Part shown: piece by piece, positions 31,248-41,300 of the stretch
Layout of the letters: every line of letters begins with the position of its first letter
How positions within the stretch are numbered: the stretch's first letter is position 1
Source: Spirochaetia bacterium
Lineage (GTDB): Bacteria; Spirochaetota; Spirochaetia; CADAEX01
NCBI GenBank assembly: GCA_963662795.1
Contig: OY759746.1
Location: 960,001-1,024,000 of the forward strand
Length of the DNA stretch: 64,000 nucleotides
Direction of reading: 5' to 3'
Notes under the pieces: generated by a model
What the model was told of the DNA's origin: nothing
The model's input: only the letters and a program-made list of their open reading frames with translations
Database searches by the model: none
Position numbers and translations under genes: made by a program

Positions 31248-32081
31248 AAATATTATAAGCACTATCCCGAGTGCAATCCTGTAGAAGGCAAAAGGGGCCA
31301 GCCCTTTTTTCTTTAGGTACTCCATGAAAAATCTGATTACCAAAAGAGCGGTCACAAACGATACAGCTGTCCCTGCGGAAAGAGCGCTCCACTGCCCGGG
31401 CGTTATGGCGGAAAACCCTGTTTTACAGAGTTTGTAAAGCGACGCTGCCATAATTGTCGGTATGCCGAGGAGGAATGAAAATTCTGCGGCCATGCTTCTT
31501 GAGAGTCCCGTGAAAAGGCCCCCTGCTATGGTTGAAGCGGATCTTGACATCCCGGGCCACATGGCAAGGCATTGAAACAGTCCTATTACAATTGCCTGTT
31601 TTACAGTGATGGCAGAAACATTTTCCGTAAGCTTATTTCCGCGGAACTTTTCCGCATAAAGCATCATAAATGCCCCTGCTATAAGCGCCGCAGATACGCT
31701 TCCGGTGTTGAAAAGATATCTTTCAAGAATGTCATCCGCACAAAAACCGATAACAGCGGCAGGAATGAATGCAATAATTATTTTTATCCAGAGAAGACAG
31801 ACCCCTGAATCCCGACTCCTGTAATCCGCACTTTTTTTCCCGGCAGATCCATTTTCAGCCTTTTTAAAAACAGAAATAAAACCTGGCGGAAAAAGTTCAG
31901 CCCGGAAGTAAAAAACAACCGCGAGGATCGCGCCGATCTGGATTACAATGTCAAATAAAGCTTCAAATCCCTTATCAAGTGTTATAAAGCGGTTTGCGAT
32001 AATCAGGTGCCCTGTTGAGGACACAGGGAGGAATTCTGTAAGCCCTTCGATAATTCCAAGTAAGACAGCTTTAAAGAGCAT
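31242..32081 (-). CDS. uppP: Undecaprenyl-diphosphate phosphatase
   Basis: EGLTEFLPVSSTGH, PGMSRS, EFSFLLGIP. Confidence 0.96.
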   Translation of the reverse strand: MLFKAVLLGIIEGLTEFLPVSSTGHLIIANRFITLDKGFEALFDIVIQIGAILAVVFYFRAELFPPGFISVFKKAENGSAGKKSADYRSRDSGVCLLWIKIIIAFIPAAVIGFCADDILERYLFNTGSVSAALIAGAFMMLYAEKFRGNKLTENVSAITVKQAIVIGLFQCLAMWPGMSRSASTIAGGLFTGLSRSMAAEFSFLLGIPTIMAASLYKLCKTGFSAITPGQWSALSAGTAVSFVTALLVIRFFMEYLKKKGLAPFAFYRIALGIVLIIFL

Positions 32082-33559
32082 CAGCTTTGACCGTTATTCC
32101 GTGAAGCCCCGGCAGATTTTCCGGACAGTGCTTCTTCAATAAGCCTTCTGCTGTGGGCGGGGGATTTAAACCTGTTGTCAACCTGGCTTTTGTATATCGT
32201 AAAATTCTTTGTCATTACAATAGTTGTAAGACATACAATAAGGAGAGGAGGTAAAAGCGCGAAAGTCCCTCCAATCTCGCAGACCATTATTACAGAGCCG
32301 AAAGGGGCTTTTGAAATTGCGGCGAAAAATGCCGCCATGCCGACAAGCATCATGGACTGGGGGTCAGGAACAGGCAGGGAAAATCCGGTCCAGGTAAGAA
32401 ATCTTGAAAATGCTATCCCGAGCAGACCGCCGATAATAAGTGCGGGCCCGAATATACCTCCGGACCCTCCCGGAGCAATGAAAAGAGTTGTCGCTGCCAT
32501 TTTTGCAATAATAAACATAGCGACAATAATTACGCCGGGATGAGCCTCGATTACATCAACAAGTACGGATAACCTGGGGCCGAGAACAATCGGAAACAGC
32601 AATGCCATTAACGCGGTAATGACTGCTCCGAAGAAAGGAAAAAGGTACGGGGGAAGTGAACTCTTTGAGCAGAATTCCCTTATATTATCAAAAGCCTTTA
32701 CAAAGAGCCATCCTGATGCTGAGCACAGGAAAGTAAACAGGATATAAGATGGAATTTCACATATTCCGTTAAACGTATATACAAGATTCTTTACGGCAAA
32801 TCCGGACGGATCAAAAAAAGAAGCGACAAAATAACCTGTCACAGAGGCAAGGAGAGAAGGGACAAGTGCCCTTGTCTCATAATCCTCCCTGTAAAGCATC
32901 TCGATTGCTGTAAGTGCGCCGCCGAGAGGGGCAAGGAATACTGCACCTATTCCCGCAGCTACACCTGTTACCATATAGATGTGGGCGTCGTCCCTTATCT
33001 TTTTTATTTTGCCCGCAATCCAGGAACCTGCCCCGGCTCCCATGAGGACTATCGGCCCCTCAAAACCGCCCGAAGCCCCGAAGCCGAGGTTAAGGGTTGA
33101 GGCAAAAAATTTGACAATCGGGACAGAAGGCCTGATAACAGCGTTTTTATGGTGAAATGCTGCGATGTATGCGGCGCTCCCGGTTCCGGAAGCATCAGGC
33201 GCATAACGGTACACAATCCAGGAGGCAAGCAGTGCGGCAAGGGGAAGAAAAACAAGAATGCTCCAGCCGGGAAGCGTCCGGAAAGCGCTTTCCTCGCCCA
33301 GTGACCCAAGATAGCTTGCACGGGCCAGAAGGTTAACGGAATATTTAAAGAAAACCCCGATTAATCCGCAAACCATTCCGATCAACAGGGAATAAAAGAT
33401 CTTTGTCCAGTCGGTAACACCGATTTCTGTCGCAGACAGCCTGTCCAGAGGCCTGAATTTTTTCTTTTTATCCAGAATTGCCTTTTTATATAACAGGCGG
33501 AATCTCGTAAATTTATTTTTGCTGTCAGAGATCAAGTTCACCCGCTTTTCCCGGTACAT
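32081..33559 (-). CDS. ClC family chloride channel/transporter
   Basis: SGGFEGP, FLAPLGGAL..IE, SGGIFGP; no C-terminal CBS pair. Confidence 0.88.
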   Translation of the reverse strand: MYREKRVNLISDSKNKFTRFRLLYKKAILDKKKKFRPLDRLSATEIGVTDWTKIFYSLLIGMVCGLIGVFFKYSVNLLARASYLGSLGEESAFRTLPGWSILVFLPLAALLASWIVYRYAPDASGTGSAAYIAAFHHKNAVIRPSVPIVKFFASTLNLGFGASGGFEGPIVLMGAGAGSWIAGKIKKIRDDAHIYMVTGVAAGIGAVFLAPLGGALTAIEMLYREDYETRALVPSLLASVTGYFVASFFDPSGFAVKNLVYTFNGICEIPSYILFTFLCSASGWLFVKAFDNIREFCSKSSLPPYLFPFFGAVITALMALLFPIVLGPRLSVLVDVIEAHPGVIIVAMFIIAKMAATTLFIAPGGSGGIFGPALIIGGLLGIAFSRFLTWTGFSLPVPDPQSMMLVGMAAFFAAISKAPFGSVIMVCEIGGTFALLPPLLIVCLTTIVMTKNFTIYKSQVDNRFKSPAHSRRLIEEALSGKSAGASRNNGQS

Positions 33560-33586
33560 TGACCGGACATGAATCCTGTAACCGGA

Positions 33587-34879
33587 TCAGATATTCCCGG
33601 TCCGGTTTTTACTGCCGATCCTGTCGAATCCTGTATATGGAATGAGGTTTTCAGGGATCAGAATTGATCCGTCTTCCTGCTGAAAGTTCTCAAGAACGCA
33701 TATAATCGCCCGTGTAAGGGCCATTGCTGTTCCGTTAAGCATATGAAGAAATCTGTTACCGCTGTCTGATTTATATCTGATGCCCAGTCTTCTCGACTGG
33801 AAATCCGTGCAGTTTGATGTGCTTGTAATCTCTCCCCACTCTCCGCCTTCACCACGTCCCGGCATCCATGCTTCAAGATCATATTTTCTGTAGGCCGATG
33901 CACCAAGATCACCGCTGCAGGTGTCAACTACGCGGTACGGGATATCAAGCCCCTGAAATATCTCTTCTTCCGTTTCAAGGATATACTGATGGAATGAATC
34001 TGACTGCTCAGGAAGGCAGTATACAAACATTTCAATTTTGGTAAACTGATGAACCCTGTAGAGCCCTCTCGAATGCTTACCCGCGGCTCCGGCCTCACGC
34101 CTGAAGCAGTGTGAAATACCTGCCATTTTAACAGGCAGCCTTTCAGGATCAAGTATTGAATCGGCATGGTATCCGCCGAGTGTTATCTCTGCGGTCCCGA
34201 CAAGGCAGGTGCCTGTCCCCTCAAGGGTATAGATATTGCTTTCCTCGCCGCGGGGATTAAAGCCGATGCCGGAAGCAACCTCTTCCTTTGCAATATCCGG
34301 TGTTTCAACAAGGGTAAACCCTTTTTTGGCAAGTTTATCAAGCGTATACCTTATAAGGGCGAGTTCAAGGAGAACAGCCTCGTTTTTAAGATAATAAAAC
34401 TTCGGCCCCGAAACTCTTGCCGCGGTTTCGAAATCCACAAGATCTAGCGCCTCGGCAAGAACGACATGGTCTTTGGGCTTGAAATTAAACACAGGTATTT
34501 TCCCGACCCTTTTTATCTCTGTGTTGTCCTTGTCTTCCTTGCCGACCGGGACATCAGGATGGGCCATATTGGGAATTGTGAGCATTTCGGCGTTAAAGGC
34601 AGCCTCTTTTTCCGCGAACAGAGCCTCGGCGCCGGAAATCTTTTCCTTGAGGGCCTTGCCTTCCTCTATAAGGACGGCCCTTTCCTCAGGGGAAAGTTTT
34701 CCCTTCATCTTAGCCGCGTTTGAGTTCCTCTGCTGCCTCAATAGTTCAATCTCCTGCTGCAGCGTATTTTTCTCATCATAAAGCGCGGCAACAAGGTCTG
34801 CATCCGCGCGCATGTTTCTGTTAATTATATTCTCTTTAACAGATTCAAGGTTTTCTCTGATAAATTTTATATCAAGCAT
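33587..34879 (-). CDS. serS: Seryl-tRNA synthetase
   Basis: MLDIKFIREN, GTAE, CFRREAG, GLYRVHQF, SNCTDFQSRR, LNGT. Confidence 0.98.
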   Translation of the reverse strand: MLDIKFIRENLESVKENIINRNMRADADLVAALYDEKNTLQQEIELLRQQRNSNAAKMKGKLSPEERAVLIEEGKALKEKISGAEALFAEKEAAFNAEMLTIPNMAHPDVPVGKEDKDNTEIKRVGKIPVFNFKPKDHVVLAEALDLVDFETAARVSGPKFYYLKNEAVLLELALIRYTLDKLAKKGFTLVETPDIAKEEVASGIGFNPRGEESNIYTLEGTGTCLVGTAEITLGGYHADSILDPERLPVKMAGISHCFRREAGAAGKHSRGLYRVHQFTKIEMFVYCLPEQSDSFHQYILETEEEIFQGLDIPYRVVDTCSGDLGASAYRKYDLEAWMPGRGEGGEWGEITSTSNCTDFQSRRLGIRYKSDSGNRFLHMLNGTAMALTRAIICVLENFQQEDGSILIPENLIPYTGFDRIGSKNRTGNI

Positions 34880-35055
34880 AGTAAGGCAATTTTATAATAA
34901 AAATCAGGGGAGTGACAAGACAGGGGGAGAGTTCTTTATATACCGTTACTGAAATACAGTTCTTATCAGGTTCTGCAATATATAATGGGCATCCGCTATT
35001 AATATCCTCCAAAGCATTTGACATTAAACCTTAAAAATATTTTAATCATATAAAT

Positions 35056-36720
35056 ATGCCAAATAACAAACCGGTAATAATTCAAAGCGACGCGGCTATG
35101 CTTTTAGATGTTCACGATCCTGCCTTTGAAGAGGCAAGAAATGATATTTCAGTCTTTGCCGAACTTGAGAAATCACCGGAACATATTCATACATACAAAC
35201 TTTCATCCCTCTCCCTGTGGAACGCGGCTTCAGCCGGGATTACTCCCGGGCAAATAATAGAGCGGCTCGAGAAGTGGTCAAAATTTGAGATCCCTGAAAA
35301 CATAATATTCAGGATAAAGGAAAGCGCGGGGCTTTTCGGCAAGATAGTGCTTATCCAGTCCGACGACCCCTACAACCTTCTGCTTAAGGTAAAGGAGACA
35401 AGGCTTTATAACGAAATCAAATCAATAAGAAAACTGTCAAAAATCCTCTTTCCCACAGGAGATAACGACCAGACTTTTACCTTAAAACTTGTAGACAGGG
35501 GGACCATAAAACAGGAACTTATTGCATCAGGTTATCCTGTCAAGGATGAGGTACCGCTTAAAAAAGGCGCTCCGCTTGATGTTTCGCTCAGGGAAAACAC
35601 CCTCGGAGGATACCCCTTTACCGTAAGGGATTACCAGAGAGAGGCAGCGCTCGCTTTTTACGGAGACGGCAAACCCGGTAACGGTTTCGGAACAATAGTT
35701 CTTGCATGCGGATCAGGAAAAACAATTGTGGGAATGGCTGTAATAGATATATACAAAACACAGACTCTTATTCTAACCACAAATATAGCAGCTGTGCACC
35801 AGTGGAAAGATGAGCTGCTTGATAAAACAAACCTTACTGAAGATATGATCGGCGAGTACAGCGGAGACAAAAAACTGATATGTCCTGTGACAATCGCAAC
35901 TTACCAGATTCTGACCTGGAGACCTGACAGGGAGTCGGATTTTCCCCACTTTGATATTTTCAGAAAAATGGACTGGGGACTTATTATTTATGATGAGGTA
36001 CATCTGCTTCCCGCCCCTGTTTTCAGGGTTACGGCAGAGATACAGGCGATAAGCAGATTAGGCCTTACAGCTACCCTTATCAGGGAAGACGGCAGGGAGA
36101 CAGATGTTTTTTCACTTGTAGGGCCGAAAAGATATGACTGCCCCTGGAAAGAACTGCAGGCAAAGGGGTGGATAGCTGAAGCCAACTGTTTTGAGATAAG
36201 GGCAGAGCTTCCTGAAAACCTTGAAGTGCCCTATGCTGTCGCTGATAAAAAAGAGAAATACCGTCTTGCCGCGGAAAATCCCGCTAAATTCGAAATTGTA
36301 AAAGAGCTCCTTGATAACCATCCTGAGGATTCAATCCTTATTATCGGGCAGTATATATCCCAGCTGAAAAAGATGCAGGAGATGATAGGGGTGCCGATTA
36401 TTACCGGGCAGACGCCAAATATGGAGAGGGAGAAAATATACGATCTTTTCCGGCACGGGAAAGAGAGGGTAATAATAGTCTCAAAGGTTGCAAATTTCGC
36501 GATTGACCTTCCTGATGCTTCCGTTGCCATACAGATTTCGGGAAGCTTCGGGTCGAGGCAGGAGGAAGCGCAGAGGCTGGGAAGAATATTAAGGCCCAAG
36601 GAAAAAAACGCCTATTTCTACAGCATAATTTCACACAGGACAGTTGAGGAAGATTTTTCGGCAAACAGGCAGAAGTTCCTTACCGAACAGGGATATAAAT
36701 ATCACATAGAACTGTGGTGA
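35056..36720 (+). CDS. Bacterial XPB/Rad25-type SF2 DNA helicase
   Basis: N-terminal Helicase_C_3 (LEKSPEHIHTY..LSLWNA), Walker A CGSGKT, DEVH, LIREDG (RED motif), QRLGRILR. Confidence 0.95.
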   Translation: MPNNKPVIIQSDAAMLLDVHDPAFEEARNDISVFAELEKSPEHIHTYKLSSLSLWNAASAGITPGQIIERLEKWSKFEIPENIIFRIKESAGLFGKIVLIQSDDPYNLLLKVKETRLYNEIKSIRKLSKILFPTGDNDQTFTLKLVDRGTIKQELIASGYPVKDEVPLKKGAPLDVSLRENTLGGYPFTVRDYQREAALAFYGDGKPGNGFGTIVLACGSGKTIVGMAVIDIYKTQTLILTTNIAAVHQWKDELLDKTNLTEDMIGEYSGDKKLICPVTIATYQILTWRPDRESDFPHFDIFRKMDWGLIIYDEVHLLPAPVFRVTAEIQAISRLGLTATLIREDGRETDVFSLVGPKRYDCPWKELQAKGWIAEANCFEIRAELPENLEVPYAVADKKEKYRLAAENPAKFEIVKELLDNHPEDSILIIGQYISQLKKMQEMIGVPIITGQTPNMEREKIYDLFRHGKERVIIVSKVANFAIDLPDASVAIQISGSFGSRQEEAQRLGRILRPKEKNAYFYSIISHRTVEEDFSANRQKFLTEQGYKYHIELW

Positions 36721-36764
36721 CATTATTTCAGGGAACAGGATCAAACCTCAAAGACAATACCTTA

Positions 36765-36806
36765 TAATAAAGCTGCCCGGCAATGCAGGCAGCTTTATTA
36801 TTTTTT
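36765..36806. terminator. Bidirectional intrinsic terminator
   Basis: TAATAAAGCTGCC-N10-GGCAGCTTTATTA followed by T-run, between convergent XPB and tctA. Confidence 0.8.
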
Positions 36807-36834
36807 AAATTCATATAATTTTTAAATAAGCTGA

Positions 36835-38343
36835 TTATTCAACTATTTCTTCAGCCTCTATAATGGCTTTTCCTGTCTTTGCCTTTTTTATAATGTTTAT
36901 TATCGGGAAAGCCAGAAGTAATGCAATAAGGCCCCAGAGAATCCATGCAATCGTGCTCCCGAAGAAAATTGATGCGGAACCGTCTGAAATTGTAAGAGCC
37001 TGGGCAAATCCGCGCTCTGCTATCGGTCCCAGAATCATTCCCAGAACTACAGCGCTTGTTGAAAACCCGGTCCTGCCGAGAATTAATCCGATAACAGCGA
37101 AAATAAGCATAATCCAGATATCGAAAACACTGTTGTTCATGGAATAGGCGCCTACTACAGCAAACATTGAAACCGCGGGAATAAGAATTGCCGAAGGAGT
37201 AAGAGATATTTTGGAGAAATACGGCGCAAAATAAAGTCCTACAACAAGAAAAACAATATTTGCAAGAAAAAGTGACAATATAAACCCGTATGTAATTGTG
37301 CCGTGAAGCGTAAACAGCTCAGGACCGGGAATAAGTCCGTGAATCATCAGCCCGCCGAGGAGGGCAGCGGCAACACTGTTTCCTGGGATTCCCAGCGTCA
37401 ATGTAGGAATAAGACTTCCCCCGACGCATCCGTTGTTGCCAGATTCTGCCGCGGCAATGCCTTCCGGGTTGCCTTTTCCAAACGTGTTTCTGACCTTGGA
37501 CATCTGTTTGGCAAAGTTATAGGAGATAAAAGCCGCAATTGTAGCCCCTTCACCGGGTAGTATCCCCACTACTGTGCCGGCAGCTGTTCCTACAGCAATA
37601 AATTTACCCATTCCTTTGGGCATTTTTTCCCTTTTGATGGTTTTGAGGTCTACCTTTCCCTTAACTATACTTCCAAGCCCTGTAAGTTCCATCATCTGCG
37701 TGACTGAAAACATACCGATAAGGGCAGGCATGAACGAAACCCCGTCGTAAAGATCCCTTATTCCCATTGTATAGCGCAAATGCCCTGAAATAAGATCAGT
37801 GCCGATTACAGCGACAAGCAGCCCCATAAATCCGGATAATAAACCCTTAACAAGGTCCTCTTCAGCAAGTGAGACAACACCGGCAAGCCCCATAAGCGCA
37901 AGGAGAAAATACTCTGCAGGTCCGAACCTCAGTGAGACAGCCGCAAGGGGCTGTGCCACAAGCAGAAGCAGAAACGCAGAGACTATCCCGCCTGTAAAAC
38001 TTGCGATAACTGAAACCTTAAGGGCAAGTCCCCCATGACCCTGCTGGGAGAGAGGATACCCGTCAAGGGCGGTCGCGGCGGCGGCCGGCGTACCCGGAGT
38101 AAAGAGAAGAATAGCGGGGATTGAACCGCCGTACATGGCTCCGCAGTAAACCCCTCCCATAAGAATCAGCCCTGTTATTGGAGAAAGGGAGAAAGTAACC
38201 GGTATTAAAAGGGCTACAGCCATTGTTGCTGTAAGGCCGGGTATGCCGCCGACAACAATTCCTGAAATACTTCCTATGACAACTGCCAGCAGGTTTTCCG
38301 GCCTGAAAAGGGTCAATATGATAGCAATAAAATCAATTTCCAT
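36835..38343 (-). CDS. tctA: Tripartite tricarboxylate transporter large permease
   Basis: GGIPGLTATMA, PGTPAAAAT.LDGYP, PTLTLGIPG. Confidence 0.95.
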   Translation of the reverse strand: MEIDFIAIILTLFRPENLLAVVIGSISGIVVGGIPGLTATMAVALLIPVTFSLSPITGLILMGGVYCGAMYGGSIPAILLFTPGTPAAAATALDGYPLSQQGHGGLALKVSVIASFTGGIVSAFLLLLVAQPLAAVSLRFGPAEYFLLALMGLAGVVSLAEEDLVKGLLSGFMGLLVAVIGTDLISGHLRYTMGIRDLYDGVSFMPALIGMFSVTQMMELTGLGSIVKGKVDLKTIKREKMPKGMGKFIAVGTAAGTVVGILPGEGATIAAFISYNFAKQMSKVRNTFGKGNPEGIAAAESGNNGCVGGSLIPTLTLGIPGNSVAAALLGGLMIHGLIPGPELFTLHGTITYGFILSLFLANIVFLVVGLYFAPYFSKISLTPSAILIPAVSMFAVVGAYSMNNSVFDIWIMLIFAVIGLILGRTGFSTSAVVLGMILGPIAERGFAQALTISDGSASIFFGSTIAWILWGLIALLLAFPIINIIKKAKTGKAIIEAEEIVE

Positions 38344-38358
38344 AATTACACCTGTTTC

Positions 38359-38808
38359 CTAATAACCGAAAATCGAGCCGCGGGGCAGCGGGACCTGCAG
38401 TAAGCTTACAAACAAAACCTGCAGAAACAGCAGAAGCCCGGCTGACGCGAAAATGATTGTTTTTATTTTTCTGTGCCCCATAAAATACATGGTTGCGGGG
38501 AGAAATAAGGCTGTTGAGAGTATGAAGCCGAAATACGCGATCAAAAGTATATACACAATAAGAAGAATCAGAAAAGCGAAAAACTTTTTTTTATCTGTGT
38601 AAAACTCAACTGGCTCATTATCATTTTTCCTGTAACTGTAATAAATCTGCAGCAGGGAAAGAATTCCCGTGCTAAGGGCAAGAAACCTTATATAATTAGC
38701 TGTGCTGTTCTGACTTACCGAAGGGAAGTCCGCAGTACTGCGGTAAAGCAGTACTGCGATAACAACACAAAAAAACAATATGATAAAATCAACTACTTTT
38801 TTTGTCAT
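38359..38808 (-). CDS. tctB: Tripartite tricarboxylate transporter small permease
   Basis: About 4 TMs, YFGF, C-terminal LQVPLPRG; lies between tctC and tctA. Confidence 0.9.
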   Translation of the reverse strand: MTKKVVDFIILFFCVVIAVLLYRSTADFPSVSQNSTANYIRFLALSTGILSLLQIYYSYRKNDNEPVEFYTDKKKFFAFLILLIVYILLIAYFGFILSTALFLPATMYFMGHRKIKTIIFASAGLLLFLQVLFVSLLQVPLPRGSIFGY

Positions 38809-38822
38809 TATACTTCCTGTAA

Positions 38823-39788
38823 TTAATTTCCCCACGGGGCAGCATCATAAACCACCTGTGTCTGTGCTTTGAGTTCTTCAAGGTGTTCCCTGTATTCCTT
38901 GCTGTTCATAGGAGCAAGAGAGATAAGCTGTTTTTCCATGAGGTCCTTGAATTCAGGGTCGGCAAGCACTTTTACAAGAAGGTCATCAAGAGCTTTTGTA
39001 ATCTTTGAGTCTACAGATGCCTGGCAGACAAGCCCTCTTGTCGCTGTCATGTAAAATTCATATCCCTGTTCTTTTGTCGTGGGAATTGACTTTTCCATTT
39101 CAGATCTTTTTCTTGTTGTAATGGCTATAATTTTAACTTTGCCTGACCTGTAATTTGCAAGCATCTGGGAAAGGTTCATGAAAGCAACATCAACATGTCC
39201 GCCTAAAATGGCAGCTTTCTGCTCTGTTGAGCCATTGGTGGGCATAATGTTGAATTCCACCCCTGCGATTTTCTCAAAATTCTTTGCCGCGATATAGTCA
39301 TCGCTTCCGATTCCGTTTACCGTCGCAACAAGTTTACTGGCTTTCGCTGCGGCCTTAAGCTCATCAAGTGTATTTATAGTACTTTTTTCAGGTACTACAA
39401 CAATACCGGGATCCTCAACTATGTTGCCGATATAGTGAAAACTGTCGAGGCTGTAGTGGGCAAGACCCGAGCAGATATGTGATACAATCTGGGGGGTAAA
39501 AAGCATACCGAGGTTGTAACCGTTCGGCTTTGCATCCGCAATTTCATCAAACCCCTTGAGCCCGCCTGATCCGCCGATATTGACAACTACAAAGTTGGCT
39601 TCCGGCCAGTATTTTTTGGCAATCTGGCCGAACTGTCTTGCTGTCGCGTCAGTTGATCCGCCCGCATTTGACGGAACAACAATGTTGATCGGTTCTGACG
39701 GATAAGCAGCTCCTTCTTTACTGCCGCCTGCATATACAGGCAGGATCATAGCTGCCGCAAGGATCAATAAGATAATTGTCTTCTTCAT
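38823..39788 (-). CDS. tctC: Tripartite tricarboxylate transporter substrate-binding protein (Bug/TctC)
   Basis: YPSEPINIVVPSNAGGSTD..AR, KPNGY, LGGHVD, PTTKEQG. Confidence 0.95.
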   Translation of the reverse strand: MKKTIILLILAAAMILPVYAGGSKEGAAYPSEPINIVVPSNAGGSTDATARQFGQIAKKYWPEANFVVVNIGGSGGLKGFDEIADAKPNGYNLGMLFTPQIVSHICSGLAHYSLDSFHYIGNIVEDPGIVVVPEKSTINTLDELKAAAKASKLVATVNGIGSDDYIAAKNFEKIAGVEFNIMPTNGSTEQKAAILGGHVDVAFMNLSQMLANYRSGKVKIIAITTRKRSEMEKSIPTTKEQGYEFYMTATRGLVCQASVDSKITKALDDLLVKVLADPEFKDLMEKQLISLAPMNSKEYREHLEELKAQTQVVYDAAPWGN

Positions 39789-39834
39789 TTTAAAAACTCC
39801 TTTTGTGAATAAAAAATCTATCCTGTTTTAATAG

Positions 39835-39850
39835 TGCAAAAAGAGTGCCA
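39835..39850 (-). promoter_or_regulatory. Sigma54 (-24/-12) promoter of tctCBA
   Basis: Minus strand TGGCACTCTTTTTGCA matches TGGCAC-N5-TTGCW; adjacent to a GAFTGA activator gene. Confidence 0.88.
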
Positions 39851-39912
39851 AGTGGAATTTATCTGTATTTTAACTGATTATCGCCTGATTTGATGAAAAT
39901 AAAGCTTCACAC

Positions 39913-39962
39913 AGTGTGCTGTTTTACACACTTCAGGAAGATAGTGGGCCGTTTGGCACACT
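39913..39962. promoter_or_regulatory. Tandem enhancer (UAS) sites for the sigma54 activator
   Basis: AGTGTG-N8-CACACT (39913-39932) and AGTGGG-N8-CACACT (39943-39962), 30 bp apart, upstream of the -24 element. Confidence 0.7.
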
Positions 39963-41300
39963 GATATTATACTTTATGATCCTGTTGTAAAGAGCCTTCC
40001 TGTCAATATTAAGCAGTTTTGCCGCCTTTGACTTGTTCCAGTCCGATTTTTCAAGAGCTTCAATCAATACATTTTTCTCAATATCCGAAAGGTTATAGTT
40101 TTGCGCCACTGCCCGGGTTGAAACAGCTGCATCCTCAAGCTCATCCGGCATAAGCTCCTCATCAAGGACATCCCCCGAGCTTATAACCATCATCCTTTCG
40201 ATGCAGTTTTCAAGTTCCCTGACATTACCGGGCCAGCTTAAACTGATTAATTTTTCCATCAGGGACGGAGAAATCTTTTTGGGCGGAATATTGTTTTTTT
40301 CAGAGACGCACTTTATGAAACTCTCTGCAAGGAAGGGGATATCTCCTTTCCTGCTGCGCAAAGGGGGGACTGTTATGTTTATCACATTCAGCCGGTAATA
40401 AAGGTCCGACCGGAACCTCTTTTCTGAAACTTCTTTTTTTATGTCACGGTTGGTTGCCGTAATCAGACGGAAATCTACATTTACATATTCAAGGCTGCCG
40501 ATTCTCTGTATCTGTTTCTCCTGAAGCACCCGCAACAGTTTTGCCTGGAGTTCAAGGCTCATCTCCCCGATCTCATCAAGGAAAAGCGTCCCCCCGTCCG
40601 CAAGTTCAATTCTCCCCTTTTTTCGGGCAGAAGCCCCTGTAAAAGCCCCTTTTTCAAAGCCGAACAGTTCGCTCTCAAGCAGCCCTGCCGGGAGGGAAGA
40701 GCAGTCCACGACAACAAACGGGGAATTTTTTCTTCTGCTGTTCATATAGATACTTCTGGCAACAAGTTCCTTACCGGTTCCGCATTCCCCCTCTATCAGA
40801 ACGCTTGAGTCAACAGGCGCCACAGTTTTTATCAGTTTGAACATTTTAATCATTGCCGCGTCTTTGCCTATTATTCTGTCGAGCCCCCATTCTTCCTCAA
40901 GCTTTTCTTTCAGCGCTGCATTTTCTTTTCTGATTTTCTTCTCGGAAACAGCCCTGCTGATTTTTATCTTCAGGAGGTCGTAATCGATCGGTTTGGTTAT
41001 ATAGTCATATCCCCCTGATTTTATTGCATCAACAGCGCTTGATATTGACCCGTAAGCGGTCATAATTATTACAGGTATTGACTCATCCGTTTCCCTGATT
41101 TTTTTAGTTAATTCTATCCCGTCCATGACATCCATTTTGAGATCTGTAAGGACAAGATCGGGATGGGAACCCTTGATCAGTTTAAGGGCGGATTTACCGT
41201 TATCAGCATCGCTTACCTCATATCCTGAATTTTCAAGGATCCCCTTTAAAACCATTCTTATGTTAAGTTTGTCATCAACGATAAGTATTTTTTCATTCAT
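39933..41300 (-). CDS. NtrC/AtoC-type sigma54-dependent response regulator
   Basis: REC, AAA+ (GECGTGKE, GAFTGA, FLDEIGE, WPGNVREL), Fis HTH. Confidence 0.96.
   Translation of the reverse strand: MNEKILIVDDKLNIRMVLKGILENSGYEVSDADNGKSALKLIKGSHPDLVLTDLKMDVMDGIELTKKIRETDESIPVIIMTAYGSISSAVDAIKSGGYDYITKPIDYDLLKIKISRAVSEKKIRKENAALKEKLEEEWGLDRIIGKDAAMIKMFKLIKTVAPVDSSVLIEGECGTGKELVARSIYMNSRRKNSPFVVVDCSSLPAGLLESELFGFEKGAFTGASARKKGRIELADGGTLFLDEIGEMSLELQAKLLRVLQEKQIQRIGSLEYVNVDFRLITATNRDIKKEVSEKRFRSDLYYRLNVINITVPPLRSRKGDIPFLAESFIKCVSEKNNIPPKKISPSLMEKLISLSWPGNVRELENCIERMMVISSGDVLDEELMPDELEDAAVSTRAVAQNYNLSDIEKNVLIEALEKSDWNKSKAAKLLNIDRKALYNRIIKYNISVPNGPLSS

Noticed and set aside
34880-35055. T-box leader for serS
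   Set aside because: No T-box consensus (GGTGGNACCGCG) or terminator on the minus strand; the region is a short divergent promoter.
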